In this document: in pieces, positions 30,138 to 38,877 of the stretch
How the letters are laid out: the number at the start of each line of letters is the position of its first letter
How positions within the stretch are numbered: the stretch's first letter is position 1
NCBI GenBank assembly: GCA_016839705.1
Contig: JAEOTR010000046.1
Coordinates: forward strand, 1 to 64,000
DNA: 64,000 nucleotides
Direction of reading: 5' to 3'
Origin: Promethearchaeota archaeon
GTDB taxonomy: Archaea; Asgardarchaeota; Lokiarchaeia; Sigyniarchaeales; SOKP01
Made by a program: the position numbers and the translations under genes
The notes under the pieces: generated by a model
Seen by the model: only the letters and a program-made list of their open reading frames with translations
Databases searched by the model: none
What the model was told of the DNA's origin: nothing

Positions 30138-30380
30138 ATGACAGGGTCATTAAAAGAACAATTTATTAAAGAAGTTATAAAGATAATAGATAGATGGTCT
30201 TTTGAACAATGTGCCTGGTGTGATGATGGTACTATGGTTTCAATTGAGGGGATGCTTGATTTTAGATGCTCCAAATGTGGGGAAACAATGAATCCTTTAA
30301 AATACCTTGGAGCGATTGCAAAAAGTGTTTACAATTATAGAGACCAACTAGAAACTCATAAAGAATCCCCAGGGGATTGA
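30138..30380 (+). CDS. Small Zn-ribbon protein (possibly extended through UGA to 30539)
   Basis: CAWC..CSKC; frame stays open for 52 codons past the TGA. Confidence 0.65.
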   Translation: MTGSLKEQFIKEVIKIIDRWSFEQCAWCDDGTMVSIEGMLDFRCSKCGETMNPLKYLGAIAKSVYNYRDQLETHKESPGD

Positions 30381-30603
30381 CCCTATAGATTATCCTTAGA
30401 TGTTAGGGAAGATGGTAGAGGAAATCCTAAACTAATTGAAGTTTTTTTAGAGGAGAGAATAGATCCCGTAAAAGCCCAACCATTAATAAACTCACGATCA
30501 TCTCTCGAAAGTCATCTATTGACTTTTGCTGCTAATTAATCGCATTTAAAAAACATCATGGTTGAGATGGAAGTTTTTCACAAGGAAGCAGTGGATCTCT
30601 GAT
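30364..30603. ncRNA. Candidate structured RNA, family unassigned
   Basis: About 37% GC (89/240 over 30361-30600) versus about 12% just downstream; several nested helices found by eye. Confidence 0.25.
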
Positions 30604-30705
30604 AAATAATATAAGAATAAATTGTAAAAATTTTAGTTAAGTTATTAAAATTAAGATCATAAAATATTAAATAATCTAAACCAAATTTTTAATTTTTAAA
30701 ATATA

Positions 30706-30942
30706 ATGGACAGGAAAATCGATACTTCAGCCCAATTCATTGAATTTTACAAAAAAAAAGGGGATTACTTAGTATCTCTATCAGAAAACCACTTCAAGAA
30801 TATAGAATATCGAAAATGTCTTGAGCTATTAAATGAAGCCTATGGCATGTACAAGAAAGGAAACTATATTGAACTTGCGGAAAATACTAAACAAAAATTT
30901 ATGGAAATAAAAGAGAAATACTTTAAAAAGAACACAGGATAA
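30706..30942 (+). CDS. Small helical hypothetical protein (TPR/MIT-like)
   Basis: 78 aa amphipathic helices, YRKCLELLNEAYGMY. Confidence 0.6.
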   Translation: MDRKIDTSAQFIEFYKKKGDYLVSLSENHFKNIEYRKCLELLNEAYGMYKKGNYIELAENTKQKFMEIKEKYFKKNTG

Positions 30943-30948
30943 AATCAG

Positions 30949-31443
30949 TTAATTTATAATAGATTCTTTATTTAATCTCTTTTCAATATCTTCAATATGA
31001 GATCCTTTCCAGAAAATTTTATTACATTGTAAATTTGTGCATCTGTAGAATTCTTCTTGATTATTAAAAGAATCCTGTAAAACTAAATTTAAAATTTCGT
31101 TTTTATCTTGGACTTTACGTAATTTTGAATTACATATCGAACACTTTGCTTTTTCAGCTTTGAATTCAAAATTCAAGCTCAACTTTTCTTTAAGTTGTTG
31201 TAAGTAATTATAAATCCCTTCACCATGTAAATACAAACTTTTTTCAGAATACGTCTTATAAAGTAAAAGATCTTTTGTAATAATAAATCGATCATTTTCT
31301 TCAGCGTATTCTATTAATTTTTCATCTGGTACGGGATCAGTCATGAAAATTTCCGTCAAATCATTGGCATAAATTGTATCATACCCAAATATTCTTAAGA
31401 ACCGTGATAGTTTACCTAACATTGAATCAACTAAGAATTTCAT
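30949..31443 (-). CDS. Mut7-C (PIN-like) RNase domain protein with Zn ribbon
   Basis: MKFLVDSMLGKLSRFLRIFGYD (start reassigned to 31443), CSICN, C..CNKIFWKGSH. Confidence 0.88.
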   Translation of the reverse strand: MKFLVDSMLGKLSRFLRIFGYDTIYANDLTEIFMTDPVPDEKLIEYAEENDRFIITKDLLLYKTYSEKSLYLHGEGIYNYLQQLKEKLSLNFEFKAEKAKCSICNSKLRKVQDKNEILNLVLQDSFNNQEEFYRCTNLQCNKIFWKGSHIEDIEKRLNKESIIN

Positions 31444-31552
31444 ATACCAGAGCCTACTTTGTTTGTTAAATATTACAAGATGAAATATATTTAAAATATG
31501 TAATAAATTATATAACAGAAATTTTATCAAAAAAAAAGATTTTCAATTTCAT

Positions 31553-32083
31553 ATGGAAACTAAAGAACTGATCGAAAAAGTAATCCGATTTCATGGTCAT
31601 ATTTGTTCTGGTTTAGCAATTGGTGTTTTAGCCGCTAAATACGTGTTGGAACATGGTTATAATTTTTCTCCAAATGAAGAAGTAGTTGCTGTTGTTGAAA
31701 ATGATGATTGTAGTGTTGATTCTCTCCAGGTTCTATTGGGTACTACATTTGGTAAAGGAAATTTAATCCATCAGGACTATGGAAAACATAATTATTATTT
31801 CTATAATAGAGAGACAAAAAAAGGAATAAAAATGTCGGTTAAAGGGGGAGCACCTAAAGATAAAAAGCTTTCAAAACATGAAAGGATTCAGCAATTATTA
31901 AATTCTAAAGCAGAGGATATTTTTAATATTTATGAAATAGAATACAATCCTCCAGGATTAGCACAAATAGAAGAATCTATTGTATGCGATATTTGTGGTG
32001 AAAAAACGGCAAGTAGTAGAATCATGAGTTATAATAATTCTGATATGTGTATCCCCTGTTATAAGGCACAGAGAAAATTATAA
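31553..32083 (+). CDS. FmdE-family protein with C-terminal Zn finger
   Basis: FHGHICSG, DCSVDSLQ, TFGKGN, CDICGE..CIPC. Confidence 0.88.
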   Translation: METKELIEKVIRFHGHICSGLAIGVLAAKYVLEHGYNFSPNEEVVAVVENDDCSVDSLQVLLGTTFGKGNLIHQDYGKHNYYFYNRETKKGIKMSVKGGAPKDKKLSKHERIQQLLNSKAEDIFNIYEIEYNPPGLAQIEESIVCDICGEKTASSRIMSYNNSDMCIPCYKAQRKL

Positions 32084-32173
32084 AAAGGGTTATGAAAATT
32101 AAAATTATAAACTCTGAGTACTATGTTTATTTCTTTTACCTAAATGTAATTTGAAGACAAAATTAAAATGTAG

Positions 32174-32950
32174 ATGACAGAAATAATAGTCAGAAAAAAT
32201 AGGAAGGTATTACCTGGCGCAGGTCCATTTTACTTCGAAGGGAATAAAATAGGGATATTAATGATTCATGGTGGAGGCGGTGGTACATGTGCTGATCTTA
32301 AACCCTTAGCTGAAGAGTTACATACCAAATTTGGGTATACAATATACGTGCCATTGCTCCCAGGGTATGGAACTACACCGCAAGATCTAAAAAATGTTAC
32401 GATAAATGAATGGAAAAAAACACTCGATAGGGAAATAAGTCGTATAAATCAAAAGTGTGAGAAAATTATTGTGGGAGGGCATTCTATGGGAGGTGTTCTC
32501 ACCCTTATTTTTGCAAGTAGTTACTCTTTTGATGGCATTTTTACCATTTCAGCACCTTTCGGGATTAAAAGAATTGCAGCTAAATTCGCTCCTTTTTTTA
32601 AAATTTTTGTAAAGTTTTATCCATTAAAATGGAATGTGTTAGAAAAAGAAACTAATGGTAAATGGGTGGGATACAAGAAAATACCGCTTAATTTAGTGAC
32701 AAAGATTAATAAATTGTTAAAAGAAATGAAGCAAACTTTACCAAAAATAGATTGTCCCGCGATATTATTTCAAGGAGGATTAGATTTAGATATAAAATCA
32801 AAAAGTTTGAATGAAATTTTTAATAGGATTGGCTCAAAAAATAAAAGAAAGGTTTGGTTGGAGAATAGCGGTCATTCAATATTGGATAATCCAGATCATA
32901 CCCGAATCTTTTCAGAACTAGTTAAATTTATTAGTGAAATTTGTAATTGA
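32174..32950 (+). CDS. Alpha/beta-hydrolase (YvaK-like carboxylesterase)
   Basis: PFYFEG, LPGYG, GHSMGG, D, SGH triad. Confidence 0.85.
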   Translation: MTEIIVRKNRKVLPGAGPFYFEGNKIGILMIHGGGGGTCADLKPLAEELHTKFGYTIYVPLLPGYGTTPQDLKNVTINEWKKTLDREISRINQKCEKIIVGGHSMGGVLTLIFASSYSFDGIFTISAPFGIKRIAAKFAPFFKIFVKFYPLKWNVLEKETNGKWVGYKKIPLNLVTKINKLLKEMKQTLPKIDCPAILFQGGLDLDIKSKSLNEIFNRIGSKNKRKVWLENSGHSILDNPDHTRIFSELVKFISEICN

Positions 32951-32991
32951 ACAATGTTTTTAAATTATTTTTTACATTAGATGAATAACTC

Positions 32992-34224
32992 ATGATTAAG
33001 AATATCGAGAAAGGAAATACTTTAATAGTAAGAGGCCCCGCGAGAATAACGTTATTAGAAGGAGAATTAGAAGTTTTTGGGAAGAGAATTCTTTCTGAGA
33101 AAGGATCCTCAACACGAGATAAAGAAGATTTTGAAGCCCAAAATATGTTAATAATACCAAGTGCTCAGAGCTATCCTCTCTATTCCCAAGAGAATTCAAA
33201 AATAGATATCTACACAAACAAGGAGGAAAATCTAAATTTAATTAATGAAAACTCGATCGCTAATAAATGGATTGAAATTAAAGAGGAAGTGTTAAAGGAT
33301 CTAAAAAAAGAAAAAGAGTCTCCAATTAAAATAATGGTATTAGGTATGAGTAGCGGGAAAACTACGCTCATCAAATATTTAGCTAATAACTTTATCAAAG
33401 AAGGATTAAAAGGAGGATATCTTGATTCTGATCTTGGGCAGCAGATAATATATGTTCCTACAACAATCAACTTAGGCATTATTAAAGATTATATTGTTTC
33501 GAGTGAAGATATCAATTCTGATATGACTGAATTTATTGGGGCAACATTTCCTAAAGGAGATTATAAATATATTGTATCTATCTCCTCTAGGAAAATGATC
33601 GATGAGTTTATAGCGGAAAATAATGATGTTGATTTTATCTTAATAGATACTGATGGATGGATAAAAACTGAAGCAGGGATTATTTACAAGAATTTTTTTA
33701 TTAAAACTGTGGATCCTGATGTTTTAATTGTATTTCATGATGAATCCATCGAAGAACTAAGTGAAATAGAGAAAATAGCTACAAGTCAAAACACAAATAG
33801 AAAAATTTTCTTGATAAAAGGAGAAAACGAATATTTCTATGAAAAAGATAAGGAGGAAAGAAGATTTTTAAGGCAGAGTCAGTTTTCCAAGAAATTTGAG
33901 GAGTTTCGGAAAATGACAATACCTCTAAATGACATGAAATTTATAAAAATAGAATATGATAAGGAAAACGATGAAATATTTGAAAAGGAAATAGATATTA
34001 ATGAACTAGTAAACCTTCCCTATCATTATGTTATAATTGGCCTATTAACAGAAAATTCTGAATTAGTAGAAATTGGATTGCTTTTCACCATAAACATTGA
34101 GAAGAATTATATATTACTTTATTCAGATTTGAAATATAAACAACAGATACAAGTAAAAAAAATTTTACTTGGGAGCCTCAGATTATCTACAAAAGGTAAT
34201 CACCAAGGTTACTTATATTTATGA
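32992..34224 (+). CDS. clp1: Clp1/Grc3/Nol9-family polynucleotide 5'-kinase
   Basis: GNTLIVRGPA N-terminal domain, SSGKTT, DSDLGQ, IDTDGW, ERRFLRQ lid. Confidence 0.85.
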   Translation: MIKNIEKGNTLIVRGPARITLLEGELEVFGKRILSEKGSSTRDKEDFEAQNMLIIPSAQSYPLYSQENSKIDIYTNKEENLNLINENSIANKWIEIKEEVLKDLKKEKESPIKIMVLGMSSGKTTLIKYLANNFIKEGLKGGYLDSDLGQQIIYVPTTINLGIIKDYIVSSEDINSDMTEFIGATFPKGDYKYIVSISSRKMIDEFIAENNDVDFILIDTDGWIKTEAGIIYKNFFIKTVDPDVLIVFHDESIEELSEIEKIATSQNTNRKIFLIKGENEYFYEKDKEERRFLRQSQFSKKFEEFRKMTIPLNDMKFIKIEYDKENDEIFEKEIDINELVNLPYHYVIIGLLTENSELVEIGLLFTINIEKNYILLYSDLKYKQQIQVKKILLGSLRLSTKGNHQGYLYL

Positions 34225-34366
34225 TAGATTTTATGAAAAAGAATAACCAAAATTAAATTTTTCTTGTTCTTTTTTATTAACCTTTGTAGAAAGAGAGTTT
34301 AGTAAGGTAAAAAATTAAAAAAGAAGGTTATGATAGAATTATTAACTTGTAACTTTTCATGTCTGA

Positions 34367-35815
34367 ATGATTCTTATGCAAGAGGATCTGCTCACCAAAT
34401 TTCTTGAATTAATGTCTTCCCATATTACAGATACTGACCTTGAGTTAATCAAATTGGGTAACTCACTAGGTTTAGATTTAGTTTCTTTTGAAGAACTACG
34501 AGCTTCTCAACAAGATACTTTCATAGACAACATTAGAAATAAAGCGTTAGAAAAAATGGGTAAGAATCAAGATAATTTTCTTACAAAAAATAATTTTTTT
34601 TACTCCGGAAGTATTGATTTCATGGTGTCTGACGAACCTGAAGGTAAAAAATTCTTTCTTTTAGAAACTAATGGAGGATCCCATAGAGGTCTTTCAATTA
34701 TAACTAAAAAACAGCAATCGTTACTATATAATGGGTATCTTGAAGCGATCTACCAAGCTATAAATAAAAATGAAAGAAGAGACAATAAGGTTTTAATCTT
34801 AATTGGTGTACCTGTAAATGACTCATTAATTCACGAAAAAGTAATCATGATAGAATATTTTAGAAAAACTCTAAAATCAAAAGGATATAAGGTCAAAATA
34901 TTTAATAAAGATAACTTTGATGTTAATTTTAGAGCTGAAATCCTATTTTTAATAGCCGATTACTTGCAGTTATCTACTTCCCTCTCTTATTTTGAAAATT
35001 GGGTTAAATATAGAGGTGAAAATGTAAGTCTTTTAATTGGAGATGGAATTGCACGACGTATCAATAATGAAGCATTTATAAAACAGGTAAAGAAAGATAT
35101 TCTTAAAATTAAAACATTAATTGTAAATCCTATTTTCAGAGTAACTGACGATAAATCATTAACATATCTTGGGAGTTTTCTAAGTAAAGATATATTAAAA
35201 AAATACAATCTTAGATATCTATTATTTACAAAAGCTTTTGATGAAAAAGATTTGATCGAGAAGCTGAAGCATCTCATAAAAAGATATAAGAAGTCTTTTA
35301 TTATTAAACCTAGTGGAGGATCAGGTGGAGCTGGAGTGATTCCTGTTTCTAAAGATGAAAAACCAGCTAATTTTAGGAAGATTGTTGAAGAAAGTAAGAA
35401 AGAATTCTTCGATAAATTTATGAAAGATCGAAATCCATTTCCTTATACTATACAGGAGAAAGCAGATTTTTCTTTAATTACGTGGAGAGGAGGAACTCAT
35501 ACATTTGATTTGAGAATCTACTTAGCTCAAAATAAAGGGAGGGTTATCCCCATAGGGGGACTTGCACGAATTGCTCGTGGTAATTTTACTCTTGGTTTAG
35601 ATAAGCAAGAGTTTGTTGTTAATTTATCAGGATACGATGGTCAAATTGAAGTAGAACGCGGTATAGGTTTTTCAAAAAGCACTTGTAAACTCTTAAACTT
35701 AAGTGAAGAAGATTTTATTAATATGTTTAGCATAGGATGTGTGCTATTTGCTAACATTGTTAAATATCATAAAAAAATCATAAATTTTTCTGAATGGGAT
35801 AAAGTTATTGAGTAA
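34367..35815 (+). CDS. Circularly permuted ATP-grasp ligase (type-2-like)
   Basis: N-terminal SIDFMV..FFLLETN; C-terminal IIKPSGGSGGAGV, IQE, FDLRIY, GGLARIA, VVNLSG. Confidence 0.75.
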   Translation: MILMQEDLLTKFLELMSSHITDTDLELIKLGNSLGLDLVSFEELRASQQDTFIDNIRNKALEKMGKNQDNFLTKNNFFYSGSIDFMVSDEPEGKKFFLLETNGGSHRGLSIITKKQQSLLYNGYLEAIYQAINKNERRDNKVLILIGVPVNDSLIHEKVIMIEYFRKTLKSKGYKVKIFNKDNFDVNFRAEILFLIADYLQLSTSLSYFENWVKYRGENVSLLIGDGIARRINNEAFIKQVKKDILKIKTLIVNPIFRVTDDKSLTYLGSFLSKDILKKYNLRYLLFTKAFDEKDLIEKLKHLIKRYKKSFIIKPSGGSGGAGVIPVSKDEKPANFRKIVEESKKEFFDKFMKDRNPFPYTIQEKADFSLITWRGGTHTFDLRIYLAQNKGRVIPIGGLARIARGNFTLGLDKQEFVVNLSGYDGQIEVERGIGFSKSTCKLLNLSEEDFINMFSIGCVLFANIVKYHKKIINFSEWDKVIE

Positions 35816-35818
35816 GTC

Positions 35819-36985
35819 ATGATAGACAAAGACGGATTAAAAGAAATATTGAGTTTAAGGAATAGAAATGTTCTATTTGAAAAATTATTGAAGAAATTGA
35901 AGAAGTTTGCAGAATCAGAACATATAAGCTATGATGGATTCAAAACTCCTGAGGGGACAATACCTATAGTGATAATTGCAAAATCACTGATCCCTAAAGA
36001 TATTAAATATGTTAAATTTTTTATTGGAGCCCAACATAATGAATATAATGGCTTATTTGGAATTATTGAATTTCTTAATTTAATTGATAATTCAATTTTT
36101 TCTATTAATGAAGTGCTAAAAAATCAGCAGATTTTGATCTTAGCTCCTCTAATGAACCCATATGGATTTTTGAATCCAAGAAAGGACAACAAGTCAGGAT
36201 ATTATATTAGAAATGGGACAAATTTGAATCGCTATTGGAGGAGAACTTTCGCACCGGAGTACAAGAATGGTGATGATGATTTAAGTAATCGGCCAATTCC
36301 TGAACATACTAAAGTAATTAAAAATTTACTAGATCAATTTTGGAGAAGAGAGGAAATACAAATTTATATAATGGACTTTCATGAAACTTCACTTCTTCAG
36401 AGATTTTCGGAGGAATTGAATAGAAACTTAAAAAAAGCGTCAAATACTTATAAATTTGATCATTGGCTTAAGGAAGGAATAGTATATAACGTTATTAAAT
36501 TATATAATATAAAATTCACTAGAAAATCCCTATTTTATAAATGTACTCCTAAAGCCGATCATACTCATATAAATTTGACGATAAAACAACTTGATATGGT
36601 CTGTGAAAAACTCCAAGAGTACATTTCGAACAATTATGGAAAATTACCCTTCTATTTTTGTTATAGTAATAAAAGTAAGGAATTTTGTGAACGATTAGCC
36701 CAAAATGTTTATAAAAATTTGAAAGAAATATTATGGGAAACCTACTTTCCAGCATTTAATCATAATTTTAATGATCATGGTTGTTTTGTTAACATGAATG
36801 ATGTTATCAAAAGAAAAGGTGTATATTCGATTGAGTTAGAGGCTCCAAAGCAATTTTTTAACATTTTTGATGAAATTAAAAAATCTAAAACCGATTTCAG
36901 ATATTTTGATAAAAAAATTAGGGATGTGAATATGAATATTAAATTAGTAGTTGAATCCATAAAGGAAATGTCAACTCTCTACTAA
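35819..36985 (+). CDS. M14-like zinc carboxypeptidase/deacylase
   Basis: GAQHNE, PLMNPYG, NLNRYW, DFHE, SIELE; starts 3 nt after the ligase stop. Confidence 0.7.
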   Translation: MIDKDGLKEILSLRNRNVLFEKLLKKLKKFAESEHISYDGFKTPEGTIPIVIIAKSLIPKDIKYVKFFIGAQHNEYNGLFGIIEFLNLIDNSIFSINEVLKNQQILILAPLMNPYGFLNPRKDNKSGYYIRNGTNLNRYWRRTFAPEYKNGDDDLSNRPIPEHTKVIKNLLDQFWRREEIQIYIMDFHETSLLQRFSEELNRNLKKASNTYKFDHWLKEGIVYNVIKLYNIKFTRKSLFYKCTPKADHTHINLTIKQLDMVCEKLQEYISNNYGKLPFYFCYSNKSKEFCERLAQNVYKNLKEILWETYFPAFNHNFNDHGCFVNMNDVIKRKGVYSIELEAPKQFFNIFDEIKKSKTDFRYFDKKIRDVNMNIKLVVESIKEMSTLY

Positions 36986-37006
36986 TTTAATTGAATTTTT
37001 GAAATA

Positions 37007-37195
37007 TTAGATTAGGGGAACCAAGAATTTTGTTTCAGACTTTCCAAATTCATTTAGACAATCTATATGATAATAATAAATATTAGAATTCTCAAATATG
37101 AATTTGCCAGAACTCATGTTTCCTAAAGTAATTTGAAAAACATATTTTAGATTCTGATGGCCAATATTATTTCTACAAATTTCACATTTTAACAT
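37007..37195 (-). CDS. Small CxxC..HxxC zinc-finger protein
   Basis: CEIC..YYHIDC, 62 aa. Confidence 0.6.
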   Translation of the reverse strand: MLKCEICRNNIGHQNLKYVFQITLGNMSSGKFIFENSNIYYYHIDCLNEFGKSETKFLVPLI

Positions 37196-37286
37196 TATAT
37201 TAAGCCAATTAAAGACGATTTTTATTTCAAAGGATATTTAGAAAAGGAATATTTAAACTCACCAAAATATGTTTTAAAATTCTTGT

Positions 37287-38288
37287 CTACTCAGAATTTA
37301 AGAATTTAAGTGTTGCTCCAACCAAAGCACCTTCGTTTTTCTTCTGAGAATGACCTCCTTTTTTTAAAATTAATAAATTTTTCAAAGGTGATTCTAATAC
37401 TATCGAATTTTCTTTGAAATTGCTAAACCGGATTACTCTGTCGTTTTTACTGTGGATTAACATCACTCTTTTTGATAATTTCTCCCATTCCTCAGGAGAA
37501 AAATTGCTTTTTGTGTTATTAATAATTAGATAAGGAGAAAGTCTTTTGTTTTCTTCTTCAGTTGGGAGTAAATTTACACCTTTCATTAAATAACTTAGCC
37601 TCAATATTGGATTGAATTTTGGTAGGTTATTTTTATAGTAAGACATTGAAGAGATCGCTATAATCTTCCTTATTTCCATATTTTGAAACCCTGCACATAA
37701 AATAGTTAATGCTCCTATACTAAATCCTATACAATTGATTTTCAATGTTGAATAATCTCTATTAGATTGTACCCATTGTATTACGTCATTAAAGTCTTCA
37801 AGTCTTTTGAGAAAATTCCCCCTTTTCCCGGTCTTTTTAGATTTACCTGTTCCTCTGGCGTCATATACTAAAATAACATATCCTTGTAGTGCTAGAGGAT
37901 AATAGTAATATTGAAGGGATTCTTTTGTATCTGAAAAACCATGACAAATGAGGATTAGAGAATTTTTAGATTTAATTTTTGCCTGATTCTTGTGGTTAAT
38001 CAAGGTTCCTGAGAGGAATCCCTTAGAAACACTTATTTTTACTTCCTTTTCTTCTAAATCCTTTAGAGTTAAATCTAACCAGCGATCATACCAAAGGTCT
38101 CTAATTGACCAATAAATTTCAAAGGGGGTATATACGATCAAAAATGTTGTTACTGATAGTATAAAACATCGATTAAAAGCAACGGAGTAGCAAGGATTTC
38201 CTAACCAAATATTCACTCGCCAAATAAACCAACTAAAAAGAAAATCAATAAATATTAGAATAAGACGTTTAATATTATTTGATATCAC
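37287..38288 (-). CDS. Membrane-anchored alpha/beta-hydrolase
   Basis: Two N-terminal hydrophobic segments; CHGF, YDARGTG, GFSIG, HSKND, GGH. Confidence 0.8.
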   Translation of the reverse strand: MISNNIKRLILIFIDFLFSWFIWRVNIWLGNPCYSVAFNRCFILSVTTFLIVYTPFEIYWSIRDLWYDRWLDLTLKDLEEKEVKISVSKGFLSGTLINHKNQAKIKSKNSLILICHGFSDTKESLQYYYYPLALQGYVILVYDARGTGKSKKTGKRGNFLKRLEDFNDVIQWVQSNRDYSTLKINCIGFSIGALTILCAGFQNMEIRKIIAISSMSYYKNNLPKFNPILRLSYLMKGVNLLPTEEENKRLSPYLIINNTKSNFSPEEWEKLSKRVMLIHSKNDRVIRFSNFKENSIVLESPLKNLLILKKGGHSQKKNEGALVGATLKFLNSE

Positions 38289-38413
38289 GTTTTTTCACAA
38301 TACTTTTCCATTCACTTATTAGAAATAAAAGATAAAAAGAATAGCTAAACCAATTCCTTTACATTTTAAATTTAAGACTTAGAAATTAAAAAACTAATCG
38401 AATGGTCTATTAT

Positions 38414-38743
38414 TTATAGCTTTGCCTTATCCGGGGGGCATCCAAAATCATGTCTAACTTTACAATCTCGTTTAGTAGAACTCCCTTCACATGGAGCGCA
38501 TTTAGCTTTTCTCATAATAGCTTCAATTTCATTTATTTCATAACCAAATGATTCCTCCTCTGTTTCATCTACTAACATCTCATCTTCAATCTTGTCGAGA
38601 TCATATTCAACGTCATCATCTAGATTATCTTTCCAATCTTCTAAATCTAAAATTTCATCCCCATCCTCATCTACTTTCCCTTTTGGAATTTCGAGATCAT
38701 CTTCTTCAACTGGAGGACTCTTTTTTTTTGCCATGTTTTTCAC
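38414..38743 (-). CDS. Highly acidic low-complexity protein with C-terminal 4-Cys motif (ATG at 38734 also plausible)
   Basis: Long D/E-rich tract; CAPC..DC..GC. Confidence 0.7.
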   Translation of the reverse strand: MKNMAKKKSPPVEEDDLEIPKGKVDEDGDEILDLEDWKDNLDDDVEYDLDKIEDEMLVDETEEESFGYEINEIEAIMRKAKCAPCEGSSTKRDCKVRHDFGCPPDKAKL

Positions 38744-38877
38744 CTATATTAACTTTCTTTTTTACTATTGAAATTTTTTATATATAATCTTTGTTAAAAT
38801 TTAATTTTACTATTTTTTAAGAATATAAATTCGAAAATGTTTAAATTATGTTTAATGAGGGGGATTGATTATCAATC

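Noticed and set aside
30372-30600. tmRNA, RNase P, SRP or cobalamin riboswitch (5' GGGG, ..FAAN-stop, GAGGAAATCC, AGGAAGCAG, AGGGAA..GGT)
   Set aside because: Only short partial matches; no T-arm/CCA end, no P4 complement, no SRP helix-8 GNRA loop, no B12 box
31553-32083. Methanogenesis inferred from FmdE and Hdr genes
   Set aside because: FmdE-family and Hdr-like proteins are widespread in non-methanogens; no mcr, mtr or catalytic fmd genes here
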